Shown piece by piece: positions 49,742 through 57,962 of a DNA stretch of 64,000 bases. The stretch covers positions 23,519-87,518 of the forward strand of contig JAYZQJ010000078.1 of the NCBI GenBank assembly GCA_036149055.1. The letters are read 5' to 3'. The notes beneath the pieces are model-generated. The model saw only the letters and a program-made list of their open reading frames with translations. It was not told the origin of the DNA and made no database searches. Source of the DNA: Myxococcota bacterium (lineage in GTDB: Bacteria > Myxococcota_A > Polyangia > Polyangiales > Sandaracinaceae). The position numbers were made by a program, and so were the translations under genes. Each line of letters begins with the position of its first letter. Within the stretch, counting starts at the first letter, position 1.

Positions 49742-51055
49742 GTGCACGAGCTCCGCGCGCTGCTCCGGCTCACCGGCCCGCTGCTGATCACCCAGCTCGG
49801 CAACATGCTGCTCGGCGTGGTGGACACCGCGGTGGTGGGGCGCCTCGGCGAGGTGCCGCTCGGCGCGGTCGGGCTCGGCAACGCCGTCTTCTTCACGCTC
49901 AGCGTGCTCGGCTTCGGGTGGATGCTCGCCCTCGATCCGCTCATCGCGCAGGCGGTCGGCGCCGGCGAGAAGCGGCGCGCGCGGCACCTCCTCTGGCAGG
50001 GCGTGTGGGTCGCCGCCGGCGGGGCGGTGCCGCTGACCCTGCTGGTCGTCCTGGTGACCGAGAACGTCGGCCGCTTCGGGGTGCCGCCGGAGACCGTGCG
50101 CGAGGTCACGCCGTACCTCTACGCGCGGCTCATCGGGCTCGCGCCCTTCCTCGTGCTCGCCGCGTCGCGCGCCTTCCTGCAGGCGCGCGAGGTGACGCGG
50201 CCGCTGGTGATCGGCGTGATCCTCGCCAACGTGCTCAACCTGCCGCTCACCTGGGGCCTCGTCTTCGGGGAGCTCGGGCTGCCGCGGCTCGGCACCGCGG
50301 GCGCCGGCTGGGCGAGCGCGTTCGCGACCTGCGTGCAGCTCGCCGTGGCCCTGCTCGCGGTGACCAAGCTCTGGGGCCCGCACCGGCGGTTCCACCCGCC
50401 CGCGCTCGCGCCCATCCGCAAGGTGCTGAAGCTCGGCACGCCCATCGGGCTGCAGCTGGCGGCCGAGGTCGGCTCGTTCGCCATCGTCACCGTGCTGATG
50501 AGCCGGCTGGGCACGCTGGCGCTCGGCGCGCACAACGTCGCGCTCACCCTGATCAGCACCACGTTCCAGGTGGCGGTGGCGCTGGGCGCGGCGACCGCGG
50601 TGCGGGTCGGCCACGCGGTCGGGCGATCCGACGCGCCGGGAACGCGGCGGAGCGGGCTGACCGGGATCGCCGCCGGCGCCGGCGCGATGCTGGCGGGCGC
50701 GGCCCTGTTCCTCACCGTGCCCGCGCACCTCGCGCGCGTGATCACCGACGAGGCCGAGGTGATCGCGGCCGCGGTGCCGCTCTTCGCGGTGGCCGCCGCC
50801 TTCCAGATCTCCGACGGCGTGCAGGCGGTGGCCGCGGGCGCGCTCCGGGGCGCGGGCGACACGCGCTGGCCGCTCGTCGCCAACCTGGTCGGGCACTACG
50901 CGATCGGCGTCCCCCTCGGCGCGACGCTCGCGTTCACGCTCGAGATGGGCGCGGTGGGGCTCTGGTGGGGACTCAGCGCCGGGCTGACCGCGGTGGCCAT
51001 CGGCCTCACCGCGCGCTTCGCCTGGCTGTCGCGGCGACCGATCGCGCGCGCCTGA
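49742..51055 (+). CDS. MATE-family multidrug efflux transporter (NorM-like)
   Basis: About 12 TMs; GVVDTAVVGRLG, IAQAVGAG, LGTPIGLQ..EV, RVGHAVG, FQISDGVQ, GALRGAGDT. Confidence 0.93.
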   Translation: MHELRALLRLTGPLLITQLGNMLLGVVDTAVVGRLGEVPLGAVGLGNAVFFTLSVLGFGWMLALDPLIAQAVGAGEKRRARHLLWQGVWVAAGGAVPLTLLVVLVTENVGRFGVPPETVREVTPYLYARLIGLAPFLVLAASRAFLQAREVTRPLVIGVILANVLNLPLTWGLVFGELGLPRLGTAGAGWASAFATCVQLAVALLAVTKLWGPHRRFHPPALAPIRKVLKLGTPIGLQLAAEVGSFAIVTVLMSRLGTLALGAHNVALTLISTTFQVAVALGAATAVRVGHAVGRSDAPGTRRSGLTGIAAGAGAMLAGAALFLTVPAHLARVITDEAEVIAAAVPLFAVAAAFQISDGVQAVAAGALRGAGDTRWPLVANLVGHYAIGVPLGATLAFTLEMGAVGLWWGLSAGLTAVAIGLTARFAWLSRRPIARA

Positions 51056-51121
51056 AAGGTCCCCGGAAGCTTGATCGGGGAGCGCCGCCGTCGCAGGCTC
51101 CGCGCCCTCGGAGGAAGACCA

Positions 51122-53446
51122 TTGCCGACGCTTCGGTTCCACACGACCGCCTCTCTCGTCGCCGCGCTCGCGTCGGGGCAGCTCTTCGGCTGCGACGCCA
51201 GCTCGGAGGATCCCGCCGATCCAAACCCCAGCGGCGGCGGCGGCGGTAGCCGCGCGGACGACGGGCCGCGCCCCGCGCCCCCCGCGTCGGCCGACGCCTC
51301 GTTCCTCGACGCCTTCGCCGAGACCGGGCGCTTCCGCTACGGACACCCGCGCGCGATCGAGGTCCTGCCCGACGGCAGCGGCGTGCTCTACCTCCGCTCC
51401 GGCGGGCGGGACGCCGAAGGCAAGCTCTACGTCTTCGACCCCGCGACCGGCGAGGAGCGCGAGCTGCTGACCGCGGCCCAGCTGCTCGGCGAGGGCGGCG
51501 AGGAGGAGCTCAGCGCGGAGGAGCGCGCCCGGCGGGAGCGCATGCGCCTCACCGCCCAGGGCCTCGCCAGCTTCCGCCTCTCCCCCGACGGCGCGCAGAT
51601 CCTGGTGCCGCTCTCCGGCCGGCTCTTCCTCGTGGACCGGGCCCGCATCGGCGAAGACGGCGCGATCCGCGAGCTCGAGTCCGACGCCGGCCGCGCGATC
51701 GATCCACGCTTCAGCCCCGACGGCTCCCACATCGCGACGGTGCGCGGCGGGGATCTGTACGTCATCGACGTCGCGACCGGCGCCGAGGTCCGCCTCACCA
51801 CCCGCCCGAGCGAGCAGGTCGAGAACGGCCTCGCCGAGTTCGTCGCCCAGGAGGAGATGGGCCGGATGCGCGGCTTCTGGTGGTCGCCGGACTCGCGCTC
51901 CATCGCCTACCAGCAGACCGACCACGCGGGCATGGAGCGCATGCACATCCTCGATCCGATGCACCCGGAGCGAGAGCCGCAGGCCTGGCCCTACCCGCGG
52001 CCGGGCGAGGCGAACGCCGCCGTGCGCCTCGGCGTGATCCCGATCGCGGGCGGCGCCACCCGCTGGATCGAGTGGGACCACGACGCGATGCCCTACCTCG
52101 CGAGCGTGGAGTGGCCCGCGCAGGGCCCGCTCACCCTCCTGGTGCAGAACCGCGAGCAGGAGCAGGAGACGCTGCTCTCCGCCGACCCGTCGAGCGGGGC
52201 GACGACGACGCTCCTGACCGAGTCCGACGAGGCCTGGATCAACCTCGACCAGTCCACGCCGCGGTGGCTCGCCGACGGCTCGAGCTTCCTCTGGAGCAGC
52301 GAGCGCGAGGGCGACTGGCGGCTGGAGCTGCGCGGGGCCGACGGCGCGCTGGTGCGGACGCTGACCCCCGAGGGCTTCGGCTACCGCAAGCTGCTGCACG
52401 TCGACGAGGCGGCGGGCGTCGTCTGGGTGGCGGCGAGCGCGGAGCCGACCGAGACCCACCTCTACACCGTGCCGCTCTCGGGCGAAGGCGAGCCGACGCG
52501 ACGCAGCGAGGCGGCCGGCGAGCACGAGGCGGTGCTGGCGAGCGGGACCGACGTCTGGGTACACGCCTGGCAGACCGAGGACGGCGAGGTCGCGAGCGTG
52601 GTGAAGCGCGGCGACGAGACGATCGGCGCGCTGACCTCGAGCCTCGAGGAGCCGCCCTTCATGCCGAGCCTGTCGTTCGAGACGGTCGGGCGGCGCGAGT
52701 GGCGCGCGGTGGTGGTGCGCCCCCGCGACTTCGACGAGAGCCTCCGCTACCCGGTGATCGTGCACGTCTACGGCGGGCCCCACGTCCGCTACGTGACGAA
52801 GACCCCCCGCCGCTACCTGCTCTCGCAGTGGCAGGCCGACCACAACTTCATCGTCGTGACGATCGACGGACGGGGCACGCCGGGGCGCGGCCGCGAGTGG
52901 GAGCGCGCGATCGACGGCGACTTCATCTCGGCGCCCCTCGAGGATCAGGTCGAGGCCCTGCAGCAGCTCGGCGATCGCCACCCCGAGATGGACATGGAGC
53001 GGGTCGGCGTCTGGGGCTGGAGCTTCGGCGGCTACTTCAGCGCGATGGCCGTGCTCCGTCGCCCGGACATCTTCCGGGCCGGGGTCGCCGGGGCGCCGGT
53101 GAGCGAGTGGCGCGACTACGACACGCACTACACCGAGCGCTACATCGGCCTACCCGAGGAGGAGGGCGCCGAGGGCGCCTACCACCGGAGCAGCGCGCTG
53201 ACCTTCGCCGGCGAGGTGCCCGAGGCGGACCACCGCCCGCTCCTGATCGTGCACGGCACCGCGGACGACAACGTCTACTTCAGCCACGCGCTGAAGCTCC
53301 AGAACGCGCTCTTCTCGAGCGGCCGGCCCGCCGACCTGCTCGCGCTCAGCGGCCTGACCCACATGGTCCCCGACGCCAACGTCGTGCGCCGGATGCATCA
53401 GCGCATCATGGCCTTCTTCGAGGGCCACCTCAGACGAACGCCGTGA
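51122..53446 (+). CDS. Dipeptidyl-peptidase IV-like S9B peptidase, probable lipoprotein (start uncertain)
   Basis: LFGC lipobox-like; propeller motifs FSPDG, GLAEFVAQEEM, WWSPDS; catalytic GWSFGG, HGTADDNV, H in GLTH; YDTHYTERY. Confidence 0.92.
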   Translation: MPTLRFHTTASLVAALASGQLFGCDASSEDPADPNPSGGGGGSRADDGPRPAPPASADASFLDAFAETGRFRYGHPRAIEVLPDGSGVLYLRSGGRDAEGKLYVFDPATGEERELLTAAQLLGEGGEEELSAEERARRERMRLTAQGLASFRLSPDGAQILVPLSGRLFLVDRARIGEDGAIRELESDAGRAIDPRFSPDGSHIATVRGGDLYVIDVATGAEVRLTTRPSEQVENGLAEFVAQEEMGRMRGFWWSPDSRSIAYQQTDHAGMERMHILDPMHPEREPQAWPYPRPGEANAAVRLGVIPIAGGATRWIEWDHDAMPYLASVEWPAQGPLTLLVQNREQEQETLLSADPSSGATTTLLTESDEAWINLDQSTPRWLADGSSFLWSSEREGDWRLELRGADGALVRTLTPEGFGYRKLLHVDEAAGVVWVAASAEPTETHLYTVPLSGEGEPTRRSEAAGEHEAVLASGTDVWVHAWQTEDGEVASVVKRGDETIGALTSSLEEPPFMPSLSFETVGRREWRAVVVRPRDFDESLRYPVIVHVYGGPHVRYVTKTPRRYLLSQWQADHNFIVVTIDGRGTPGRGREWERAIDGDFISAPLEDQVEALQQLGDRHPEMDMERVGVWGWSFGGYFSAMAVLRRPDIFRAGVAGAPVSEWRDYDTHYTERYIGLPEEEGAEGAYHRSSALTFAGEVPEADHRPLLIVHGTADDNVYFSHALKLQNALFSSGRPADLLALSGLTHMVPDANVVRRMHQRIMAFFEGHLRRTP

Positions 53447-54314
53447 CCACGGTGACGTTGTCGTGCGTGCTGGCGTCCATCGCCGCGCGCACGAGGAGGT
53501 GACAGGTCTCGTCGGCGCTCGACGCCGATCCGATGAGCCCGCACAGGGTCTCGTCGGGCACGACGTCGGTGAGACCGTCGGAGGCCAGCACCACCCGATC
53601 GCCGGGCTGGAGCCGCACCCACGCGCCGTCCACGCGGGGCTCCTGCCGGTCGCCGCCGATCGCGTTGACCAGGATGTGGCTCAGGTGGGAGAGGTCGATG
53701 TCGGCGCCGTCGTTCCCCGACTCCTTGCGCACCCGCTCGGCGAGGCTGTGGTCCTCGGTGAGCTGGTCGAGGCGCCCCTCGCGCCAGAGATAGGCGCGGC
53801 TGTCGCCGACGTGGGCGACGAAGAGCTCGCGGTCGAGCAGGTAGGCCATCACCAGCGTGGTGCCGAGCTTGGGGCTCGCGTGCTTGCGCTCCGCGACCGA
53901 CCAGAGCCGCTGCTGGACGCGCCGGGCCATCTGCCCGACCCCGTCGATGAGGGCGCGGCGGTGCTCGTCGTCCAGCGACTCGCTCCAGGGCATGTGGTGG
54001 GCGAGCCACTCGACGACTCCGTCGACGGTGACCGCGCTCGCCAGATCGCCCGAGCCGTGGCCGCCCATGCCGTCGGCCACGACGAGCACGGTGCCCTCCG
54101 ACGCGGCGAGGTCGGCGCCGGGATCGCGCGCCAGGCTGGAGGCGCGCACCGCCACGCAGCGGCTCACGTCGGCGACGAGGAACTGATCCTCGTTGCGCTC
54201 GCGGCCGCCGACGTGGGTGAGCCCGCCGGCGTCGCGGCGCGGTCCCTGGGTCTCGTTTCGGCCGCGGAGGTTGGGGAGCGTCTGCGGGCCGGGATCGAAC
54301 TGTGCCTGAGCCAT
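53430..54314 (-). CDS. PP2C/PPM-family Ser/Thr protein phosphatase
   Basis: ATG 54314. THVG.RERNEDQF, VADGMGGH, GTT, HVGDSRAY, LTEDHS, ASDGL, HDNVT. Confidence 0.93.
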   Translation of the reverse strand: MAQAQFDPGPQTLPNLRGRNETQGPRRDAGGLTHVGGRERNEDQFLVADVSRCVAVRASSLARDPGADLAASEGTVLVVADGMGGHGSGDLASAVTVDGVVEWLAHHMPWSESLDDEHRRALIDGVGQMARRVQQRLWSVAERKHASPKLGTTLVMAYLLDRELFVAHVGDSRAYLWREGRLDQLTEDHSLAERVRKESGNDGADIDLSHLSHILVNAIGGDRQEPRVDGAWVRLQPGDRVVLASDGLTDVVPDETLCGLIGSASSADETCHLLVRAAMDASTHDNVTVVTAFV

Positions 54315-54408
54315 CGATCGACGGACCCAGCAAGCCACGCGCCGGACTGCCCTACGGCGGCCCGGCGCGTGGATCCCGTGTCGGGTCGCCCCGACGGGTC
54401 GAAATGCG

Positions 54409-54864
54409 TCAGCCCTCTTCGGCCGCGGGGTCGCCCGCGTCCATCTCGTCCATCGTGTCGTCCGCGTCGTCGCCGCCCTCACCCCCGGAGGTGGCGGGCT
54501 CCGCGCCGCCCGGGAGCTCGCCGCTCACGCCGCCGGTCGTCGTCATGTACGCGAGGATCGCCTCGAGGTCGTCGTTCGAGAGGCGGCTCTCGCGGATCGC
54601 CGGCATGCCGTCCTCACCCTCGCGGACCTGCTGGCGCATGCGCGCCGGGTCCCAGCCGAGGTTGTCGAGCGTGGGCGCGCCGCTCGCGTGGCAGGCCATG
54701 CAGATCTGGTTGTAGACCGTCTCGCCGCGCGCGATGTCGTTCGAGGCGATGGGCCCCGCGTAGTCCGCGCTCGTCTCGTGCGCCTCGTGCGCTCCTTCAC
54801 CGCCGCTCCCGCCGCACGCCCCGAGGGTGAGCGCGAGGGCCGACATCCAAGCCAATCGGGTCAT
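54409..54864 (-). CDS. Monoheme cytochrome c lipoprotein
   Basis: Strong RBS (GGAGGAGG) before ATG 54864; lipobox LGAC; CMACH heme motif; distal GMP Met; acidic tail. Confidence 0.88.
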   Translation of the reverse strand: MTRLAWMSALALTLGACGGSGGEGAHEAHETSADYAGPIASNDIARGETVYNQICMACHASGAPTLDNLGWDPARMRQQVREGEDGMPAIRESRLSNDDLEAILAYMTTTGGVSGELPGGAEPATSGGEGGDDADDTMDEMDAGDPAAEEG

Positions 54865-54940
54865 CTCTTCCTCCTCCAGGCCCCGTCCAGCGGGGCGGCG
54901 GCATGTCACCACGCAGAGAGGAACGGGGCAAGTCCGCGGG

Positions 54941-56182
54941 TCAGGCGAGCTCGCGCAGAGCGGCCTTGCGGACCTTCTTGCGGTCGCGCGGCGAGCCCTC
55001 GAGCGCGGCGCTGGCGTCGAACCCGAGCCCGGCCAGCTCGTGCACCGCGGTTTGGACCAGCATCGGATCGTCGCCGACCAGGGCGTCCGCGAGCCATCGC
55101 CCGCGCGGCTTGCCCGCCTGCTTCTTGACCCACTTCGCCCAGTCCTCGGGCCGCTTGCCCAGGTCGTGCCCGGTCAGGGTCCGCAGCGCGAGGTGGGCCC
55201 GCTCGGCCATCTCGGCGTCGAAGGGATCGAGCGCCCGCGCGAAGGCCTCCAGCGCCCTCGGATCGCGCAGGCGATGGAGCGCGGTCACGTAACGGAGCCG
55301 AGGGCCGCGATCGACGTGGGCGAGCGGCAGCGCCTCCCGCATCGGGGCGAGCACCGCCTCGATGGGGCCGCGCTCGTCGCGCCAGCGCTCGAGCGAGACG
55401 ACCGCCGCGTCGAAGGTCTGGAGGTCGGAGTCGAGGATGCGCTCGGCCAGCGCCTCGAGCACCGCGTCGCCGCCCACGTCGACGCCGAGCAGCGTGGCGT
55501 AGAAGCGCTTGTCGGTCTCGGGCCGCCGCATCAGCTCGGCGACCGTCGCCGACGCCTCCGCGCCGAAGCCGGCGAGGACGCGCGCGAGCGGCCCGGTGTC
55601 GCGCCCCCGCGCGAGCGACTTGAAGGGCAGCCGTCGGTCGAACCAGCACAGCCCGGGGAACGCCTCGGCCACGAAGGGGAGCGCCTCGACGCCGAGCGAC
55701 CGGAAGGCGGCCACCGCGGGGCCCTCGTCCTCGGGCCCGACCGAGCGGAGCTGCTCGATGAGCTTCTTCGCTCGGTGGCGCACGGTCGGCGCGGGCACCG
55801 CCGGGGGCGCGGGGCGCTCGGGCTGCCGCGCGTCGAACCCCGGCACGACCAGCCGCTCCTCGCTGTGCACCCGGCGCTCGCGCGGCTGTTGCAGCTCGAG
55901 GGCCTCGTCGACGTCGAGCGCGGGCAGCTCCAGCGCGTCGTCCACGTCGAGCCCTTCGCTCGCCTCGGCCTCGTTCTCGGCCTCGTTCCGAGGCTCGGCG
56001 GGCGGAGCCTTTCGGGCGCCGGGGCGCGCGGTGGGCGCCGGCGCGGTCGCCTCGGTCGGGGGCGGCGCGGTCTGCTTCAGCGACTCCGGCCGGGCGTCGA
56101 ACTTCGGGACCGCGACGACCTCCTCGCACACCGCCCCGCTGGGCCTGCGCAAGGAGTACCGGCCATCGTTCGCGCCGCCCAT
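54941..56182 (-). CDS. Hypothetical protein with low-complexity N-terminus and HEAT/alpha-solenoid-like C-terminus
   Basis: Pro/Glu-rich N-terminus; helical repeats (RFYATLLG...LAERILDSD, ALRTLTGHDLG..W.KW). Confidence 0.6.
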   Translation of the reverse strand: MGGANDGRYSLRRPSGAVCEEVVAVPKFDARPESLKQTAPPPTEATAPAPTARPGARKAPPAEPRNEAENEAEASEGLDVDDALELPALDVDEALELQQPRERRVHSEERLVVPGFDARQPERPAPPAVPAPTVRHRAKKLIEQLRSVGPEDEGPAVAAFRSLGVEALPFVAEAFPGLCWFDRRLPFKSLARGRDTGPLARVLAGFGAEASATVAELMRRPETDKRFYATLLGVDVGGDAVLEALAERILDSDLQTFDAAVVSLERWRDERGPIEAVLAPMREALPLAHVDRGPRLRYVTALHRLRDPRALEAFARALDPFDAEMAERAHLALRTLTGHDLGKRPEDWAKWVKKQAGKPRGRWLADALVGDDPMLVQTAVHELAGLGFDASAALEGSPRDRKKVRKAALRELA

Positions 56183-56395
56183 GCCGGGTTCAGACTAGGC
56201 CACGCATTCGTCATTCGCATCACTTTTCATACTGAACGGAATCCGTCAGACTGGCACCGTCCAGATGATGAACACGCAGCACCGTTCGTCTCCCCTCGGG
56301 ATCTCAGGCTCCAAGACCCCAGCGGCGTGCGTTTCTGGCACGGCTTGCGGCGCCGCGATCGCAGTCGCGGACGCACGACCTCCGGTCACGTCGCG

Positions 56396-56411
56396 TGGCG
56401 CGTCCCTTGCT
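56396..56411 (+). promoter_or_regulatory. Putative sigma54 (-24/-12) promoter
   Basis: TGGCGCG-TCCC-TTGCT matches TGGCACG-N4-TTGCW with correct GG/GC spacing and one mismatch. It lies just upstream of GTG 56424, and an enhancer-binding protein gene is adjacent. Confidence 0.55.
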
Positions 56412-56423
56412 CGATGGAGGCCC

Positions 56424-57962
56424 GTGCAGCGCCTCGGCTTCGTCCTCCTCGCCTCGCTCCTCACCGCTTGCTTCGGGGAGCCGCCCATCGAGAACGCCGA
56501 CCTCGGCATGAAGCAGTCGTCCCTGACGGCGGCGGAGCGGCGGGTCCGCGCGGCGCAGATCCGGGACGCGGCCTTCGCGAACGGCATCACGCAGGGCTGG
56601 CTGCTGGCGGGCATCGCCGACGCCGAGACCCGCATGAGCCACTGCTGGAGCGAGCTGACCTGGGCGTGTCAGGGCCCGAACAGCGCGGACTGCGGCGGCG
56701 GGCCGGTGGTGGCCGGCGCGGGCGACGGCCCCTGCTCGGCGCGCCAGGGCGGCCTCGGCATGTTCCAGTTCGACGCCGGCACCTTCGACGACACCCTGCG
56801 GCGCGAGGGCGACCGCATCCTCTCCATCGCGGGCAACGTCGCGGCCGCGGTCGACTTCGTCGTCAACATGGTCATCCGCTCGACCTACGTCTCCGGCGTC
56901 GACAACCGGACGCAGGCGATCGACTGGATCAACGGCGTGCGCATCGGCAACGGCCGCTGGGACGCCTGGGTCCGGACCGTGACCCACTACTACAACGGCT
57001 GCCGCCCGAGCTACTCGTGCTTCCCGTCGCGCTACGCGCACTACCGCGACAACACGACCGGCGTGTACTCGGAGATGGGCGCCGACTTCTGGGACCCGAC
57101 GCCGGACTTCGGCGCCGAGTACGTGAGCCAGAGCTTCCCCCTCGCCCGCGACCCCTTCGAGCTCTACCCCGGCCAGGAGCAGGCGGGCTACATCGAGCTG
57201 CGCAACGTGGGCTCCGAGACCTGGACGCCGGGGGCCACCCTGCTCGGCACCACCGGCCCGCGCGACGTCGAGAGCCCGATCGCCGGCAGCGACTGGGTGG
57301 CGCCCAACCGCGCGGCCACCGTCGACGCCCCGGTCGCCCCGGGCGAGGTCGGCCGCTTCTCCTTCTCGGTCCGCGGGCCCGACGCGCTCGGCGACTACCC
57401 CCAGTACTTCACCCTCGTCCAGGAGGGCGTGGCCTGGTTCAGCGACCAGGGCGGCCCGCCCGACGACCAGCTGCAGATCCGCGTGACCGTCGTCGCCTCG
57501 CCGCCGTGCGCGGACGCCGGCCCCGAGTGGGGCTGCGACGGCGCCGACCGGGTCCGCTGCCAGCACGGCGAGACGCTGCGCGAGGCCTGCCCGCACGGCT
57601 GCGTGCCGATGGGCGGCGGCGCGGTCTGCGCGGGCCCGCCGAGCGACACCGACCTGGACGGCGACGGCGCGCTGGCCGACGTCGACTGCGACGACGAGGA
57701 CCCCGGCGTCTACCCCGGCGCGACGGAGATCTGCGGCGACGGCCGCGACCAGGACTGCGACGGCAACGACGTGCTCTGCGGGGGCGGCGACGGCGGCACC
57801 TTCGTGTCGGTCGACGCCGGCCCCGGAGGCGGCGGCCTCACCGGCGGCTGCGTGGCGTCGGGCTCCCGCGCCCCGCGCGGCGGCCTCGCGCTCCTCCTGC
57901 TCGCCCTCGGCCTGCTGGCGATCAGGACTCGAGGTCCTTCACGCGAAGACCGAGCTGATTGA
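56424..57962 (+). CDS. Cell-surface protein: lysozyme-like N-terminal domain, NBR1-like Ig domain, Cys-rich/MopE-like repeat, MYXO-CTERM-like tail
   Basis: GGAGG then GTG 56424; lipobox LTAC; AGIADAET...GLGMFQF...YYNG; YVSQSFP..LRNVGSETW..VAPGEVGRFSF; DCDDEDPGVYPGATEICGDGRDQDCDG; GGC...LALLLLALGLLAIRTR. Confidence 0.75.
   Translation: MQRLGFVLLASLLTACFGEPPIENADLGMKQSSLTAAERRVRAAQIRDAAFANGITQGWLLAGIADAETRMSHCWSELTWACQGPNSADCGGGPVVAGAGDGPCSARQGGLGMFQFDAGTFDDTLRREGDRILSIAGNVAAAVDFVVNMVIRSTYVSGVDNRTQAIDWINGVRIGNGRWDAWVRTVTHYYNGCRPSYSCFPSRYAHYRDNTTGVYSEMGADFWDPTPDFGAEYVSQSFPLARDPFELYPGQEQAGYIELRNVGSETWTPGATLLGTTGPRDVESPIAGSDWVAPNRAATVDAPVAPGEVGRFSFSVRGPDALGDYPQYFTLVQEGVAWFSDQGGPPDDQLQIRVTVVASPPCADAGPEWGCDGADRVRCQHGETLREACPHGCVPMGGGAVCAGPPSDTDLDGDGALADVDCDDEDPGVYPGATEICGDGRDQDCDGNDVLCGGGDGGTFVSVDAGPGGGGLTGGCVASGSRAPRGGLALLLLALGLLAIRTRGPSREDRAD

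Noticed and set aside
56335..56348. Second sigma54 site (CTGGCACGGCTTGC)
   Set aside because: GG-to-GC spacing is 2 bp too short for a -24/-12 promoter.
38965..57958. Other very long ORFs (38965..42291, 42144..44408, 47164..49686, 49652..53128, 54827..57958)
   Set aside because: Each overlaps a well-supported gene in another frame or strand and has R/G/A/P-biased composition without motifs.
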